Made by a program: the position numbers and the translations under genes. Shown in pieces: positions 62,063-64,000 of a stretch of DNA of 64,000 nucleotides (position 1 is its first letter; the number at the start of each line of letters is the position of its first letter). Origin of the DNA: Marsupella aquatica (Eukaryota; Plantae; Marchantiophyta); contig OZ316892.1 in the NCBI GenBank assembly GCA_973895155.1, positions 18,900,357 through 18,964,356 of the forward strand, given 5' to 3'. The notes beneath the pieces were generated by a model. It searched no databases. It saw nothing but the letters and a program-made list of their open reading frames with translations, and was not told the origin of the DNA.

Positions 62063-63432
62063 ATCTACACAGTGTTAATGCTCTCGCATATTCATGGGGC
62101 CCCGTACACTGCCGGTCACAGTCCCCAATGTTGCTGCCCAACCTAGCCCAATTTTGTCAGAACATAAACTTAGACTCTACCATTTTGTCACCGGCTTCAA
62201 CCCGATCAACTTTGTGCAATCGACTTTGGGTTTATGTTCTGGCACCCTTCCTTGCTGTTGCCCGCTCTGGCCCAAGTCCCTGATGCTCCTGTCCACTCCG
62301 GCCCAAGCTTGCCAAAACATAAACCAACCCTCTATCATAAATCAAGACTTTTATCCAAAGTACTAGGCTTTGCCTGAGCGCTTAGACTCTATTACAAAAG
62401 AGACATGAATTCACTGGAAAAAAGTGTTGCCAGAAACATAAACCACAATTCCATAGAGAATAAGCATTTGGCAGAACATCAACCAAGACTCTTCATTGAG
62501 ATGTGCAGTAGCATCTGCAAGGAAAGAAACACCGCTACCTACTCCCTATTTTAGAGGAGACTTCCAGGTTGGGTGGTCCTGCACCAGACTATTTAAGCTC
62601 ACCTTATGTCTATGCGTGAGATCTGCCAAACACCCCAAAAAAGCAGACAGATCACTGGAGCCATTGTACAACTTCGGGATGCACTCAAACCGTGGAACCA
62701 GACAGACAGCCCGGTTGCCCTGAACCAAGAAGTTGATAAGGATTAAACCCAAAATAGACACTACTTTTTGATTTCTTGTAATGGAAATTGCAGAGTCCTG
62801 AGGAAGTTTCTGAGACACCACATTGAGCCCTTGCCTGGTACCAAACAACACCAGACAAACATTAGAAATGAGCACGGAAACAGAAAGCAGGAGTACCAGT
62901 ACCAGCTTGGTAGGCAGAATAGATGCAGGAATAGTCAGTAGTGCAGTTTTTACAAGTGGATCATGATGCTTGATACCACCTGGTGTATCGGGCCTACTGG
63001 CCTGATTAGTGTTGTTTTGTGTGCAGTCTGGCCGGGGCTGTGCTTTTATGGGGCGGCTTTCGTCCCCTGGGCTGTGTTGTTGTGGGTCTGGCCTTTTCTT
63101 CTGGCATTTTGAAAGAAAAGTTTTTTTAAAATTATCCAAGACTCTATCAATCATGATTCTTATATAACCAAAGTACTAAGCTCCCGACTAAGCTCTGCCT
63201 AAACACTTAGACTCTATTACAAAGCAAGTGTGACTTTGTTGGAAAGGAGTGTGCCAAAACATAAACCCAAAGTCAATTCCACAAAGTTGATCAGGCCAAA
63301 CTGGGTGACAAAATGGTAGAGTCTTGGTTTATGTCCTGGCAAACTCAGGCCGGAGCGGCCATCAACATTGGGGACTGGGACGGGCGGTGTACGGGGCCCC
63401 AAGATATGGGGGAGCATTAACGTGGCATAGAT
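62063..63432. mobile_element. Non-autonomous DNA transposon with ~190-bp diverged TIRs, flanked by TTAA
   Basis: TTAA|ATCTA...GGGGCCCCGTACAC...AGACTCTACCATTTTGTCACC at 62063-62250 is inverted at 63241-63432|TTAA. Confidence 0.8.
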
Positions 63433-63439
63433 TTAATGT

Positions 63440-63620
63440 GTGGTCAAAAGTGGCAACAGAAGAGGAGGAGAAACATGCAGCACAAGCATCATCCAATAGC
63501 TTCCTCTTGTTACTGAGAAATTTGCAAGATTCCATAACCAGTTCAATGGGCTCATTCAACAGGCAGCTCGAGACATTTGTGCATGGGCTTGCTCCATAGG
63601 ACTACCAATATCCATGTTGG
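63440..63620 (+). pseudogene. Older degenerate copy of the CRE-like endonuclease region
   Basis: ATEEEEKHAAQASSNSFLLL parallels ATTKEAKYAARASSDSFLPL at ~60260-60320. Confidence 0.55.
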
Positions 63621-64000
63621 CAATGCACAATGAACAACAACATTTCTCGCCGACAATGCTTTGCAACTACAACACGGCAGCTTCAACAACGCAACAAAGT
63701 AATGACTCTTCTACAACCACTCGGCTTGAACAACAAGACTTTGCACAAACAACTTGGCCGCAATAACAACCCACCCAAATGGCAATTGGCTTCCACAACC
63801 ACAATACATTCACAACAACAACATGGCTGCAACAACAAATGTCTAATGCGTGGGCATTGGACTAGTATACTACAATTTGCAATCAAAATCTACCTTTCCT
63901 GGCCTAGTCCATACAGTGAATATACATATTCCATGATTTCTCCCGTAGCAAGAAGACTATGCTTATAAGTAAAGATGGTCATGAGAATGGCGAGCCTTTG

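Overview
Eukaryotic, intron-containing land-plant DNA. A bryophyte such as a liverwort is my inference from gene content, not a demonstrated assignment. Bases 1 to ~42.5 kb form a CpG-depleted nest of transposons: (i) the right part of a large CACTA/EnSpm element (TnpD, TnpA, terminus at 12938), with three host-derived cargo ORFs upstream of TnpD (an EDM2-type composite PHD finger, a tandem Pol-lambda-like BRCT protein and an F-box protein); (ii) a Sola-like (DUF7869-type) element with a divergent ParB/Srx-like gene and dispersed 16-bp palindromes, inserted into a Helitron; (iii) a Kolobok-type transposase facing three tandem KolX-like genes; (iv) a second CACTA end inserted into a Copia retrotransposon; (v) a decayed PIF/Harbinger. 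Bases ~42.5-64 kb hold one clear host gene (an OVATE family protein, minus strand) and a long upstream region with MITEs, a ~59-bp satellite, a 5'-truncated CRE-like non-LTR element with a 10-bp TSD, a tRNA-derived SINE-like head and a TTAA-flanked long-TIR element. All family assignments come from motif recognition by eye; no database search was run.
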